A DNA stretch of 64,000 nt, taken from Candidatus Multivoradales bacterium. GTDB lineage: Bacteria > Acidobacteriota > Thermoanaerobaculia > Multivoradales > J023. Where the stretch lies: NCBI GenBank assembly GCA_965248925.1, contig CBDFLE010000006.1:160001-224000 (forward strand). The letters are read 5' to 3'. The notes beneath the pieces are model-generated. The model made no database searches, was not told the origin of the DNA, and worked only from the letters and a program-made list of their open reading frames with translations. Shown here piece after piece: positions 9,728 to 19,948 of the stretch. How positions within the stretch are numbered: position 1 is the stretch's first letter; each line of letters begins with the position of its first letter. Both the position numbers and the translations under genes were made by a program.

Positions 9728-11371
9728 ATGGCTCATGCTTCTAATATTCAGCTAGTGCGAAAGGCTCGCGGTGCCTTCTTCACGCCGCCAAACATGGCTC
9801 AGTACATGACTCGGTGGGCGGTGCGCAGCCCATCCGACTCAGTGCTAGAACCCTCGTGCGGCGAGGCAGTATTCTTGGCCGAGACGGCTGACCGCCTACG
9901 CTCCCTCGGTCTCTCAGGAGACCTTGGCACGCAGCTTACAGGGGTGGATATTCACCGACAGTCCCTGGAGGCCGCGAGGGATCGGCTCGCAAGCCGCAAA
10001 GTTCGGGCCTGTCTGGTCGAGTCAGATTTCTTCGAATTCCAATCAGACAGAAGTTTCGATGTCGTGTTGGGCAATCCGCCATATATTCGGTACCAGAAAT
10101 TTGCGGGTTCAGCTCGGGAAAAAAGCTTAGCTGCGGCTCTTGCCATGGGAGTTCGCCTCCCCCGGCTAGCTAGCTCGTGGGCGGCCTTCGTCGTTCATTC
10201 GGCTTCTTTCCTCCGGCCCGAAGGCCGGACGGCTCTAGTGGTTCCTGCGGAACTTCTTTCTGTCAACTATGCCGGACCAGTTCGCCGATTCTTGTTGGAG
10301 CGCTTCGCAAGAGTGAAGCTGGTGGTTTTCGAAGAGCTTGTCTTCCCTGGAGTGCTTGCAGAGGTGGTTCTGTTACTAGCAGAAGGAAGTGGAGGTACAA
10401 GCTGCTTCGAACTCCACCAAGCTCGGAATCTCAACGATCTAGAGAGCCTAGAGCCGAGCACTTGGATCCCTCCAAATGCCGGAGGCAAATGGAGTCCGGC
10501 TCTGATGGCTGCCGAGCCCACCAGGGTCTATTCGGACATTCTGAGCAAGGACTCCTTTACTGACCTAGCGAGCTGGGGCAAGACCAACCTCGGCATGGTG
10601 AGTGGGAACAACAAGTTCTTCGCTCTAACCAAAGATCAAGTCCAAGTTCTGGGTCTCCCCCAAAGGGACCTTGTCAAGATCTCACCTCCTGGATCCCGGC
10701 ACTTGCGGGGACTCACGATTACAGCACGACACTGGCGGGAACTGTTACAGGCTAGCCGGCCAGTGTATCTTTTTGATCCAGATTCAGTGCAACCTTCTCT
10801 AGAGGGTCTGCGTTACATCCGCTGCGGAGAGAAGCGAGGTGTTGACCGAGCCTACAAGTGCAGGGTCCGCACGCCATGGTGGAAGGTACCAAAGGTCGCA
10901 GTTCCCGATCTTTTCCTGACCTACATGAATCATGTCGCGCCCCAACTAGTGGCCAACAGAGCTCGCCTCCAGTATCTGAACTCCATCCATGGCGTGGTCT
11001 TGAAACCAGGTCTTCGTCAGCTGGGCATGGACCTTCTGCCGATCGCGATGCTCAACAGCGTGACTCTTCTTGGGGCCGAGCTGGTCGGCCGATCCTATGG
11101 CGGAGGAATGCTGAAGCTCGAGCCGAAAGAAGCAGATAATCTTCCGCTTCCTTCACCTGAGTCCATAAAAGGGGCAGAAGGGTCTCTGCGCGCCCTTCGC
11201 CCCCAACTGAGCAAATACCTCCGCAACCGGCAGCTGTTAGACGTTGTGAGGATGGTCGATAGGGTCCTCTTGAGGGGGCAACTCAAGATTAGCAGAGCTG
11301 ATGTAAGAAAACTTAGCGGTGCCAGAGAAAAGTTCTTTAACCGACGAGCCACTCGGACAAGGCGTATCTAG
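9728..11371 (+). CDS. N6-adenine DNA methyltransferase (gamma class, type II R-M)
   Basis: GAFFTP, LEPSCGEAVF (motif I), GNPPY (motif IV), C-terminal GRSYGGGMLKLEPKE; visibly lower GC than the flanks. Confidence 0.9.
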   Translation: MAHASNIQLVRKARGAFFTPPNMAQYMTRWAVRSPSDSVLEPSCGEAVFLAETADRLRSLGLSGDLGTQLTGVDIHRQSLEAARDRLASRKVRACLVESDFFEFQSDRSFDVVLGNPPYIRYQKFAGSAREKSLAAALAMGVRLPRLASSWAAFVVHSASFLRPEGRTALVVPAELLSVNYAGPVRRFLLERFARVKLVVFEELVFPGVLAEVVLLLAEGSGGTSCFELHQARNLNDLESLEPSTWIPPNAGGKWSPALMAAEPTRVYSDILSKDSFTDLASWGKTNLGMVSGNNKFFALTKDQVQVLGLPQRDLVKISPPGSRHLRGLTITARHWRELLQASRPVYLFDPDSVQPSLEGLRYIRCGEKRGVDRAYKCRVRTPWWKVPKVAVPDLFLTYMNHVAPQLVANRARLQYLNSIHGVVLKPGLRQLGMDLLPIAMLNSVTLLGAELVGRSYGGGMLKLEPKEADNLPLPSPESIKGAEGSLRALRPQLSKYLRNRQLLDVVRMVDRVLLRGQLKISRADVRKLSGAREKFFNRRATRTRRI

Positions 11372-12103
11372 ATGGCGAGCGCAGACGATCTATTAATTGC
11401 AGCACTGGCGCAACTTCCTTCAAAACCAGAAGATTCGGAAAAGAGGTCTCCGAAGCAAAAATACTCACAGCAAATGTCAGAAAACCTTGCGAACGCTCTT
11501 GCGGAAGAGTTTCGTAATCGTGGCCTTGCGGAAACGAGACCCGCCCCCCCGGGAGAGATCGGCGGCTCGGGTGCAGAGCGGAGGATTGCTGGCGGCATTG
11601 GCGCCAAGAAAGTCGACGTAAGCTGGGCAACAGAGGAAGCCGGGCTTCTCCTCGGTATCTCAATCAAGACCATCAACTTCAAGGATCGCAAATCTGGACA
11701 CTTTCAGAAGAACCTCACCAACCGTCGCGGAGACATGCTCTTTGAATCTGTCACCCTTCACCGGCGGTTCCCCTACGCCGTTCTAGTGGGCTTCCTATTC
11801 CTCGACAAAGACGCTGCCGAAGACCACACCAAGCGAAGGAACTCAACTTTCAACAACGCACACGATCGATTTCGCATCTTCACAGGAAGGAACGACCCCG
11901 GTGGCAGGGATGAGCAATATGAGCGCCTCTACATAGGGCTTGTGGATGCCAACAAGTTTAGATCGAGCGTCAGGATCTTCGCGCCGGGTTCTCCCGACGA
12001 TCCCGTTGATCTGTCGAACGCGCTTGACGAGGTACTGCAGCTGATCGCCGAGCGCAACCCCGACTTCTACCAATTCCTGAACGGACAACTCCGCAAACTT
12101 TAA
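11372..12103 (+). CDS. Putative type II restriction endonuclease (PD-(D/E)xK fold, SxK variant)
   Basis: ATG directly follows the MTase stop; 243 aa; KKVDVSW...GISIKT...KNLTNRRGDMLFES. Confidence 0.65.
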   Translation: MASADDLLIAALAQLPSKPEDSEKRSPKQKYSQQMSENLANALAEEFRNRGLAETRPAPPGEIGGSGAERRIAGGIGAKKVDVSWATEEAGLLLGISIKTINFKDRKSGHFQKNLTNRRGDMLFESVTLHRRFPYAVLVGFLFLDKDAAEDHTKRRNSTFNNAHDRFRIFTGRNDPGGRDEQYERLYIGLVDANKFRSSVRIFAPGSPDDPVDLSNALDEVLQLIAERNPDFYQFLNGQLRKL

Positions 12104-12207
12104 AACTCGATCTCTGAGTTGCCACGCTTCCACTTCCTGCACTGGCAATACAGCGGATGTTCACACCTCTCTGCTTTCCCCGCTGTCTCCGATATGATGG
12201 CCGACCG

Positions 12208-13899
12208 ATGACCGACACTATCCTCCAGACCGAGATTCGCCGTGGCGTTTACTGTGATTCGATCGTCCTGATGCAACTGCAGGTGGCACTGGCCGCGCAG
12301 CCAGGGGTGGCTGAGGCCGGCGCCGTGATGGGCACCGCTGCCAACCTCGATCTGCTGCGCCAGAGCGGTCTCTACGACCCGACGCTGGCGGGCGCTGGTG
12401 ACAGCGATTTGGTGCTGGCATTGCGCGCCGAGAGCGACGACGACGCCACCAGCGCCCTGGCCCAGGTCGACGACCTGATGGCCAGGCGCAGCCAGACCAG
12501 CTCGGACACCTACCAACCCCACACTCTGGCCGCGGCCATCGAACAGCTGCCAGAGGCTTCGTGGGTGGCGATTTCCGTGCCGGGTCGCTTTGCCGCTGGA
12601 GTGGCCGGCCAAGCCCTGGAACTGGGCCGGCATGTATTCATGTTCAGCGACAATGTCAGGCTCGAAGACGAGATCAAGCTCAAGCGCCAGGCTGGTGAGC
12701 GCGGCCTGATGATGATGGGTCCCGACTGCGGCACCGCCATCGTCGGCGGCGTCGGACTGGGTTTCGCCAACCGGGTACGCCGCGGCGCAGTGGGACTGGT
12801 GGCCGCCTCCGGCACCGGGCTGCAAACCGTCGCCAGCCGGCTGCACGCCTTGGGCTCGGGAGTTTCGCAGGCTCTTGGCACCGGCGGGCGCGATCTCGGC
12901 ACCGCGGTCGGCGGCGCTTCTACTCTGCAAGCGATCGATCTCCTGGCCCGCGATCCGGCGACCGAGGTCTTGGTGCTGATCTCGAAACCACCGGCGCCAG
13001 CGATCGCGCGAAAAGTGCTGGCCGCTGCTGAAGCTACCGGCAAACCGGTGGTGGCGGCATTCGTCGGCGCTTCCTGGCCGCTGCACCAGATCGGTCGAAT
13101 ACACTTCGCGCGCAACCTTTCAACCGCCGCCCAACTGGCCCACCAACTCGGCCACACCGACGAAACCACCACTAGCGACGCTAGAAACACCGCGCTGGCT
13201 GGCAAGCGGCGCTACCTGCGCGGTCTCTTCGCCGGCGGCACCCTGGCCTATGAAGCGGTGGCCAGCTTGCAAGCGCTGCTCGATCCGCTCTACACCAATG
13301 TGCGTCTGGGCCATGCTAGAGAGCTTAAGACTCCCCATCGCAGCCAAGCCCACACTCTGATCGACCTGGGGGCGGACGAGTACACCAGCGGTCGGCTGCA
13401 TCCGATGATCGACCCCCAGCTGCGTCTAGAACGGCTACGCCGCGAAGCCGCCGACCCTAAAGTGGCGGTGCTGCTGCTCGACCTCGTCTTGGGCGATTCG
13501 GGCCATCCTGACCCGGCCGCCGAACTGGCCGACGAGGTGCGCCGGATCACCGCCGCGGACGGCCCCGTGGTGGTGGCGATAGTGGTCGGCACTGACCTGG
13601 ATCCGCAAGGGGCTAGCCACCAAATCGACCAGCTGACGACGGCGGGCGCACAGGTGTTCGACGATCCCGCCGCCGGCTTCGCGCGGGTCGCGGAATTGCT
13701 CATCGAGCCCACGGCGACACCTCCAGACCAGCCGCTAGCGCTGAGCGCCCTGGCGCCGCCGGTGGTGCTCAACGTCGGTCTTGAGACCCTGCACAACGGC
13801 CTCACCGCCCAAGAAGCCGGCGTGCTGCAACTCGACTGGCGCCCTCCTGCCGGCGGCAACGAACGGCTGATGGCCATCCTGCGACGCTTGCAAGACTGA
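12208..13899 (+). CDS. fdrA: FdrA/AllF family acyl-CoA synthetase-like protein
   Basis: YCDSIVLM, VMGTAAN, FSDNV, MGPDCGTA, GTGGRDL, DLGADEYTSGRLHPMIDP, DWRPPAGG. Confidence 0.9.
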   Translation: MTDTILQTEIRRGVYCDSIVLMQLQVALAAQPGVAEAGAVMGTAANLDLLRQSGLYDPTLAGAGDSDLVLALRAESDDDATSALAQVDDLMARRSQTSSDTYQPHTLAAAIEQLPEASWVAISVPGRFAAGVAGQALELGRHVFMFSDNVRLEDEIKLKRQAGERGLMMMGPDCGTAIVGGVGLGFANRVRRGAVGLVAASGTGLQTVASRLHALGSGVSQALGTGGRDLGTAVGGASTLQAIDLLARDPATEVLVLISKPPAPAIARKVLAAAEATGKPVVAAFVGASWPLHQIGRIHFARNLSTAAQLAHQLGHTDETTTSDARNTALAGKRRYLRGLFAGGTLAYEAVASLQALLDPLYTNVRLGHARELKTPHRSQAHTLIDLGADEYTSGRLHPMIDPQLRLERLRREAADPKVAVLLLDLVLGDSGHPDPAAELADEVRRITAADGPVVVAIVVGTDLDPQGASHQIDQLTTAGAQVFDDPAAGFARVAELLIEPTATPPDQPLALSALAPPVVLNVGLETLHNGLTAQEAGVLQLDWRPPAGGNERLMAILRRLQD

Positions 13900-13931
13900 C
13901 CCGGACCTGAAGCAATGATGAGGAGAATCTC

Positions 13932-15188
13932 TTGAGCCAGATCGACGTTCGAGCCGCCAACCTGGAAGCCATCGAGCGGATGATCTCGGCCCGCCCTCTG
14001 CTGACCAGCGTGGCCACCGCCCGCGATGTGATTCCGGGGCTGGAAGAGGACATGCTGCTGCACGCCGGGCCGCCGATCGAGTGGCCACGGATGTCGGGGC
14101 CGTTGCGCGGCGCGGTGATCGGCGCGCTGCTCTTCGAGGGCCGCGCCACCAGCGAAGCCGAAGCCATCGCCCTGGTGGAGACCGGTGAGGTGCGCTTCTC
14201 CCCCTGCCATCACCACGCCACCGTCGGTCCGATGGCCGGCGTCACCTCGCCCTCGATGGCGGTCTACGTGATCGACAATCCAGAGCACGGCAACCGTACC
14301 TTCTCGAACCTCAACGAGGGCTACGGCAAAGTGCTGCGCTATGGCGCTTTCGCCCCAGAAGTTCTGGCCAAGCTGCGCTGGATGAACGACACCATGGCGC
14401 CGCTTCTTGCCGCAGCGCTCCAAGACGGCGAGCCCCTCGACTTGCGGGCCCTGCTAGCCGAAGCGCTGCACATGGGTGACGAGGGCCACAACCGTAACAA
14501 GGCCGGCTCGCTACTGTTTCAAAAGGTGCTCGCCCCCCGCCTGGCGGCCAGCGCTAGTGACCGCGCTGAGATCGCCAAGGTGATCGCCTTCCTCGGCGAC
14601 AATGCCCTGTCGGTGCTCAATCCGGTGATGGCCGCGTGCAAGGCGATGGCTGATGCCGCCCATGGGGTCGAAGGCTCGACCGTGGTGACCACCATGGCCC
14701 GCAACGGTACTGACTTCGGCATCCGTGTCAGCGGCCTCGGCGACACCTGGTTCACCGCCCCCTCGGCAGTTCCCGATGGGCTCTACTTCTCGGGATTCAC
14801 CAGCGCCGACGCCAACCCGGATATCGGCGACTCGACGATCACCGAGACCACCGGCATCGGCGCCTTCGCCATGGCCGCCGCGCCGGCCATCGTCAGCTTT
14901 GTCGGCGGCGCGCCGCAGGACGCGCTGCACGCCACTTTTGAGATGTACGAGATCACCGTCGCCGAACACCGGCATTTCACCATCCCGCCGCTCGGCTTCC
15001 GTGGCTCACCGGTGGGCATCGACCTGCGTAAAATCGTCGAACTCGGTGTCACTCCACGGGTCAACACTGGGATCGCCCACAAAGAAGCCGGCATCGGCCA
15101 GGTTGGCGCCGGTTTGGTGCGACCACCGATCGAGATCTTCCAACAAGCGCTGATCGAATTCGCCCAGCGGTATGGTGTCGAGTCTTGA
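13932..15188 (+). CDS. DUF1116 protein (YlbE/AllG/YahG family)
   Basis: LLHAGPP, PCHHHATVGPMAG, MGDEGHNRN, MARNG, NPDIGDSTITET, NTGIAHK.AGIGQVGAG; TTG start with AGGAG RBS. Confidence 0.9.
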   Translation: MSQIDVRAANLEAIERMISARPLLTSVATARDVIPGLEEDMLLHAGPPIEWPRMSGPLRGAVIGALLFEGRATSEAEAIALVETGEVRFSPCHHHATVGPMAGVTSPSMAVYVIDNPEHGNRTFSNLNEGYGKVLRYGAFAPEVLAKLRWMNDTMAPLLAAALQDGEPLDLRALLAEALHMGDEGHNRNKAGSLLFQKVLAPRLAASASDRAEIAKVIAFLGDNALSVLNPVMAACKAMADAAHGVEGSTVVTTMARNGTDFGIRVSGLGDTWFTAPSAVPDGLYFSGFTSADANPDIGDSTITETTGIGAFAMAAAPAIVSFVGGAPQDALHATFEMYEITVAEHRHFTIPPLGFRGSPVGIDLRKIVELGVTPRVNTGIAHKEAGIGQVGAGLVRPPIEIFQQALIEFAQRYGVES

Positions 15189-15194
15189 ACTAAC

Positions 15195-16049
15195 TCAAAC
15201 TACGAAATCAAGCCCCACGTCGAGGGCCGGAGCGCTGTGGGTCAGATAGCCTACCGACATCAAGTCGACGCCGGAGGCGGCGACTGCCGCGGCGCTGTCC
15301 GGGTTGATGCCGCCAGAAGCGTCGGTGATCGCTCGGCCAGCGACTATCTCGACCCCGCGCCGGAGATCTTCCGGCGACATGTTGTCGAGCAAAACAGCGT
15401 CGACACCGAGGGCGAGAATCGCCTCTAGCTCGTCGAGATCGTCGACCTCCACCTCGATCTTCACCAGATGTCCGGCGTGGGCGCGCGCACGGCGCACCGC
15501 CTCGGCGGCACTGCCAGCGATAGCCCGGTGGTTGTCTTTGATCAACACCGCGTCGTCGAGCCCAAAGCGGTGATTCATGCCGCCACCGCAGCGCACGGCG
15601 TATTTCTCCAGCGCTCGAAGGCCCGGCGTGGTTTTGCGCGTACACACCACCTTGGCCCGCGTGCCGGCGGTCTTCTCCACCAGTTCACGAGTGGCGGTGG
15701 CGATGCCACAGAGACGACCGAGAAGATTGAGCGCGGTGCGTTCGGCAGAGAGAATTGGCCGCGCCGCGCCCTCGACGCTGGCCAGCACGGCAGCCGCTGC
15801 GACGTCATCGCCATCGTCGGCGTGGCGTTCGATCTGCACGCCGGGATCGAGTATCGAGAATGCCGCCAACGAGGCTTCGAGACCGGCCAACCGGCCGCCG
15901 CGACGCGCCACTATCTGGGCCTTGGCACGAGCTTCGGCCGGTACCGTGGCGTCGGTGGTGAGATCGCCAGCGCGGCCCAGATCTTCGGTCAAGGCGGCCC
16001 GCACCAGGGGTTCGTAGAGCAGCGGGTAGAGCGGTGAGGGGTGACTCAT
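15195..16049 (-). CDS. nadC: Nicotinate-nucleotide diphosphorylase (quinolinate phosphoribosyltransferase)
   Basis: EDLG..GDLTT, AERTALN, TRKTTPGLR, IKDNH, EVEV, LLDNM, SGGI. Confidence 0.96.
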   Translation of the reverse strand: MSHPSPLYPLLYEPLVRAALTEDLGRAGDLTTDATVPAEARAKAQIVARRGGRLAGLEASLAAFSILDPGVQIERHADDGDDVAAAAVLASVEGAARPILSAERTALNLLGRLCGIATATRELVEKTAGTRAKVVCTRKTTPGLRALEKYAVRCGGGMNHRFGLDDAVLIKDNHRAIAGSAAEAVRRARAHAGHLVKIEVEVDDLDELEAILALGVDAVLLDNMSPEDLRRGVEIVAGRAITDASGGINPDSAAAVAASGVDLMSVGYLTHSAPALDVGLDFVV

Positions 16050-17677
16050 CAGGCTATCTCTCGCTGGGCTTGGTGGGCGACCACCGGCGACAGCTGCCAG
16101 GCGTCGCTCTGAGATTCTTGCTGCCAAGTCCAGTGCAAGCGCCGGCACCACGCAGGATCGGCGTGGGGAAAGTCACTGCGATAGTGGCTACCGCGGCTCT
16201 CACACCGCTCGCAGGCGGCCTGGGTCACCAGCCGGGCATTGGTCAGTAGGCTGGCGGTTGGCCCCAACGGCGAAGCCAGATGCTGCGCCAATTGCTCAAT
16301 CCGTTCGCGGGCCCAGCGCAAACCGCTGGCGTCCCGCACCAGCCCAACGTGGCGCCACATCAAGCGCCGCAGAGTGGGCGCCAAGCGCGGCTCCTCGGCC
16401 ACTCGGCCAACTTGCAGATCACGGCAAACTGAGCCCCGCCGAGCCCGCCGTAGGAGCCTCTGCGGGGCCGTCGTAGCCGCCAGATCGCGAGCTACCCGAG
16501 CCCCCCAGACAACCCCTTCCACCAGCGAGTTGCTGGCGAGGCGATTGGCGCCGTGAACGCCACTCGAAGTCACCTCGCCACAGGCCCAAAGACCCGGCAA
16601 GGAGGTCCGGCCCAAGGCATCGACCGCGACCCCGGCCATCGCGTAATGAGCCGCCGGAGTCACCGGAATAGGTTGTCGGCGAGGGTCGATACCGGCCTGC
16701 CGACAATGCTCGAAAACGGTGGGAAAACGCCGCGGAAACCTGTCTCCAACCACCCTGCGAGAGTCGAGAAAAACCTGGTCACCAGCTTCGCGGCGACGCC
16801 AGATAGCGCGGGCGACGATGTCTCGCGGAGCTAACTCGGCCAACTGATGAATCGCCGGCATGAAGCGCTCGCCGCGGCCATCGATCAGCACCGCTCCCTC
16901 ACCGCGCAGGGCTTCGGTGACCAAGGGCAGCGGATCTTGCGCGGTCAGCAGAGCGGTGGGATGAAACTGAACCATTTCCAGATCGGCTAGCTCGGCACCG
17001 GCGCGGGCGGCCATCGCCAGCCCATCGCCCACTGCACCCCGTGGATTGGTGGTGTGCAAGAACAGCTGACCGAACCCCCCCGCCGCCAGCACCACCGCTT
17101 CGGCGGCAAAGACCACCCTGCGACCCGCAGCTAGACGGGTCGCCACCCCCACCACCCTCCCCTCGTCGAGCACCAATTCTTCCGCCCGCGAGCCTTCGAC
17201 GGTGCGTAGATGGGCACTGCCTTCGAGAGCTCCGCGCAGCGCTCTGACCAACTCCGCACCAGTAGCATCACCGCTGGCGTGTAAGATCCGACGCCGCCCG
17301 TGGGCACCTTCTCTCCCCAGGCTGAGAGCGCCGGAATCGTCGCGATCAAAACGCGCGCCGAGCTCGATCAACCAGCGCATCAGCGCCGCAGCTTCGGCGG
17401 TTAGACCGGCCACCGCCCGAGGATCGCACAGTCCGGCGCCGGCCGACAGTGTGTCGGCGGCATGCTCAGCCGGCGAGTCGTCCGCCGCCATCGCCGCCGC
17501 CACCCCACCCTGGGCCCAAGGGCTGGAACCCCCCAGACCGAGCTTCTCAGGAGTCAGTAGAGTGACCCGGCGTGGAGCCAGCTGCAAGGCGGTGGTCATG
17601 CCGGCGACGCCGCTGCCGATTACCACCACCCCAGCGGGCAGAACTTCGTCGACGTCGGTCATGGCGCGATAGAGCAT
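16049..17677 (-). CDS. nadB: L-aspartate oxidase
   Basis: GSGVAG, WAQGG, REGAH..RRILH, QFHPT, TEALRGEG, LAPRD, HGANRLASNSL, ESRGSHYRSD. Confidence 0.96.
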   Translation of the reverse strand: MLYRAMTDVDEVLPAGVVVIGSGVAGMTTALQLAPRRVTLLTPEKLGLGGSSPWAQGGVAAAMAADDSPAEHAADTLSAGAGLCDPRAVAGLTAEAAALMRWLIELGARFDRDDSGALSLGREGAHGRRRILHASGDATGAELVRALRGALEGSAHLRTVEGSRAEELVLDEGRVVGVATRLAAGRRVVFAAEAVVLAAGGFGQLFLHTTNPRGAVGDGLAMAARAGAELADLEMVQFHPTALLTAQDPLPLVTEALRGEGAVLIDGRGERFMPAIHQLAELAPRDIVARAIWRRREAGDQVFLDSRRVVGDRFPRRFPTVFEHCRQAGIDPRRQPIPVTPAAHYAMAGVAVDALGRTSLPGLWACGEVTSSGVHGANRLASNSLVEGVVWGARVARDLAATTAPQRLLRRARRGSVCRDLQVGRVAEEPRLAPTLRRLMWRHVGLVRDASGLRWARERIEQLAQHLASPLGPTASLLTNARLVTQAACERCESRGSHYRSDFPHADPAWCRRLHWTWQQESQSDAWQLSPVVAHQAQREIA

Positions 17678-18714
17678 CAGCCACCGCTCCCGCGACCGAC
17701 CTCGAGCATGCGCTCGACCGCCCGCCGAGCGCGCGCCGCGATCTGTGGTTCCACTTCCACCGCGTGGTTCAGAGTTTCGAGCGAGCGAAGGATCCTCGGC
17801 AGGGTGATGCGTTTCATGTGCGGGCACAGGCTGCAGGGGCGAATAAAGTCGACCTCTGGCAGCTCGACCGCCACGTTGTCGGACATCGAGCATTCTGTAA
17901 TCATCACCACTCGACCACCGCCGGATTGGCGAACGTGCTCGATCATGCCCGAGGTCGAGCCGACGAAGTCGGCCTCGGCGAGCACTTCCGGCGGACACTC
18001 CGGGTGGGCGATCACCTGCACTCCAGGATAAGCACGGCGAAAGCTCTGAATCTGCTCGGGGGTAAATCGCTCGTGGACCTCACAATGTCCCTTCCACAAG
18101 ATGATCTCGACCTCAGTTTGGCTGGCGACGTACTTGCCGAGATATTCATCTGGCAGGAAAATCACCCGCTGGCTGCCCAAGGACTCGACCACTTCGACCG
18201 CGTTCGAGGAAGTGCAGCAGATGTCGGACTCGGCTTTCACCTCGGCCGAGGTGTTGACGTAAGTCACCACCGGCACGCCGGGATAGCGTTGGCGTAGCAG
18301 GCGCACATCGGCACCGGTAATCGACGCGGCCAGCGAGCAGCCGGCCTTGAGATCCGGAATCAGCACCGTCTTGTCAGGATTGAGCAGCTTGGCCGTCTCG
18401 GCCATGAAGTGGACGCCGCAGAGCACGATCACCTCGGCGTCGGTCTCGGCCGCCTGGCGCGCCAGCGCCAAGGAGTCGCCGCTCAAGTCGGCAACGCCAT
18501 GAAAAATTTCAGGAGTCTGGTAATTGTGCGCCAGGATCACCGCTTTGCGCTCGCGCTTGAGGCGATTGATCGCCGCGATGTAAGGAGCATGCACCGGCCA
18601 CTCCAGCTCGGGAATGACCGACCGTAGGCGTTCGAAGATCGGTGCCGTCGCCGCCGCGACTTGCGGCGTGTAGTCGAGAACGCCCGCGCTGGGCTGCAAG
18701 GTGGTGCTGGTCAT
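17677..18714 (-). CDS. nadA: Quinolinate synthase
   Basis: [40 protein letters not shown]; GAGGAGG RBS. Confidence 0.97.
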   Translation of the reverse strand: MTSTTLQPSAGVLDYTPQVAAATAPIFERLRSVIPELEWPVHAPYIAAINRLKRERKAVILAHNYQTPEIFHGVADLSGDSLALARQAAETDAEVIVLCGVHFMAETAKLLNPDKTVLIPDLKAGCSLAASITGADVRLLRQRYPGVPVVTYVNTSAEVKAESDICCTSSNAVEVVESLGSQRVIFLPDEYLGKYVASQTEVEIILWKGHCEVHERFTPEQIQSFRRAYPGVQVIAHPECPPEVLAEADFVGSTSGMIEHVRQSGGGRVVMITECSMSDNVAVELPEVDFIRPCSLCPHMKRITLPRILRSLETLNHAVEVEPQIAARARRAVERMLEVGRGSGG

Positions 18715-18743
18715 CGAGAACCTCCTCGGCCGATCGACCGATA

Positions 18744-18764
18744 TTATGCTCAATATGAGCATTA
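18744..18764. promoter_or_regulatory. NadQ operator 1 (TTATGCTCA-ATA-TGAGCATTA)
   Basis: 21-bp near-perfect palindrome 30 bp upstream of nadA; fits the NadQ consensus ttATRCTCa-N3-tGAGYATaa as I recall it. Confidence 0.8.
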
Positions 18765-18814
18765 CGAGGGTCAAATAAAAGCGGTTGACCCGCAGGTCGA
18801 CCGCTCGAACACCC

Positions 18815-18846
18815 TTATACTAGATCTGAGCATAACCTCTTGTCAA
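18815..18846 (-). promoter_or_regulatory. NadQ operator 2 (18815-18835) overlapping a sigma70-like promoter
   Basis: Minus strand reads TTGACA-N18-TAGTAT; the box TTATGCTCAGATCTAGTATAA covers the spacer and -10. Confidence 0.7.
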
Positions 18847-18880
18847 GGCCCCGGTTCGGCTGCCACGTTGCCTGTCAAAC

Positions 18881-19849
18881 CTAGGTTCCCGGCAGACCGG
18901 GCAGCCCCACCCCCGGCGTCGGCCGTTCGCGCAGCACATCACGGCGGAAGCGGAAGCGCTCGGCAGGACGACCGCCGGTGCCCGGATCGAGGCTTCCGGT
19001 GCCCTCCACCAACCCCCCTTTCTCCACCAAGCGGCGAAAGTTCTGCTTGTGCAGGCGAACCCCAGCCAGGGCTTCCACCAACTGTTGCAGCTGCAACAGG
19101 GTAAAGGCGCTCGGCAGGAGCTCGAAGACCACCGGCCGATATTTGATCTTGCCGCGTAAGCGAGAGATCGCGGTGGCCAGGATTCGACGGTGATCGAAGC
19201 TCATCGAACGACCCCAAAGATTTGCCGTCGAAGCCTCGCCCTGCTTGCCGGCGGTACCAGCATCGCGCACCGCCTCCCCCACCAGGCCAGCTTCATAGAG
19301 CAGCTCGTAGCGTTCCAGCACTCGCTCCCCGTCCCACACCGCGCCCCCCAGACCAAAGGTGATGTCGACCCGATCGCGCCGCAGGCTGCGTTCGCGCGGA
19401 TCCTCACTGCCGTCGACCCAATCGAAGAGTGCCGGCTCGACCTGGCGACTGAGGATCTTCGGCCGTCCGCTGCGCCAATCTTCCCATGGCAGATAGTCGT
19501 ACCAAGCCCGCCAGGCAGCGCTATCGGCCGCTGGCCGACCTTCGCGGACCAGCGCCAGATAGCCGATCGACACCACCCGCGGCCCGCCGTGGCGCTCACG
19601 CGGGTCGCGGTGCCGATCGCCATAGGTGTAGAGTTGTTCGACATAACCCAGCTCAAGGCCGGTCTGCTCGCGCACCCAGCGGCGTAGGGCAAGCTCCAAG
19701 GTGCGATCGCTCTCCGGATCGAGGGGACCAAACGGCAATGCCTGGGTCGGGGGATCACCGCGCTCGACGGTGAGAATACGGGGTTCCTCGTCAGTGACTG
19801 CCAAGATCACCGCGTTGAGTCCGATCACCAGGGCGCCGTTGGCGTCCAT
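18881..19849 (-). CDS. nadQ: Nudix-related NAD biosynthesis regulator (NadQ/NrtR family)
   Basis: LPFGP, WVREQTGLELGYVEQLYTYGDR, ERYELLYEAGL, DHRRILATA.SRLRGKIKYRPVVFEL, LHKQNFRR wHTH; upstream of nadABC. Start uncertain. Confidence 0.85.
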   Translation of the reverse strand: MDANGALVIGLNAVILAVTDEEPRILTVERGDPPTQALPFGPLDPESDRTLELALRRWVREQTGLELGYVEQLYTYGDRHRDPRERHGGPRVVSIGYLALVREGRPAADSAAWRAWYDYLPWEDWRSGRPKILSRQVEPALFDWVDGSEDPRERSLRRDRVDITFGLGGAVWDGERVLERYELLYEAGLVGEAVRDAGTAGKQGEASTANLWGRSMSFDHRRILATAISRLRGKIKYRPVVFELLPSAFTLLQLQQLVEALAGVRLHKQNFRRLVEKGGLVEGTGSLDPGTGGRPAERFRFRRDVLRERPTPGVGLPGLPGT

Positions 19850-19948
19850 CGAGGAATGCTGCTTCATACCGTGTCCGGTTAGCTCGACGCACACGGGCCG
19901 CGTCGCCTTCAGCGAGCGGCCCGAAGTGGCTGCACGATCAGCGTCGAA

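Noticed and set aside
12100-14423. Long antisense ORFs (334, 231 and 377 aa) and similar shadow ORFs across the window
   Set aside because: Expected opposite well-supported genes in high-GC DNA; no recognisable motifs.
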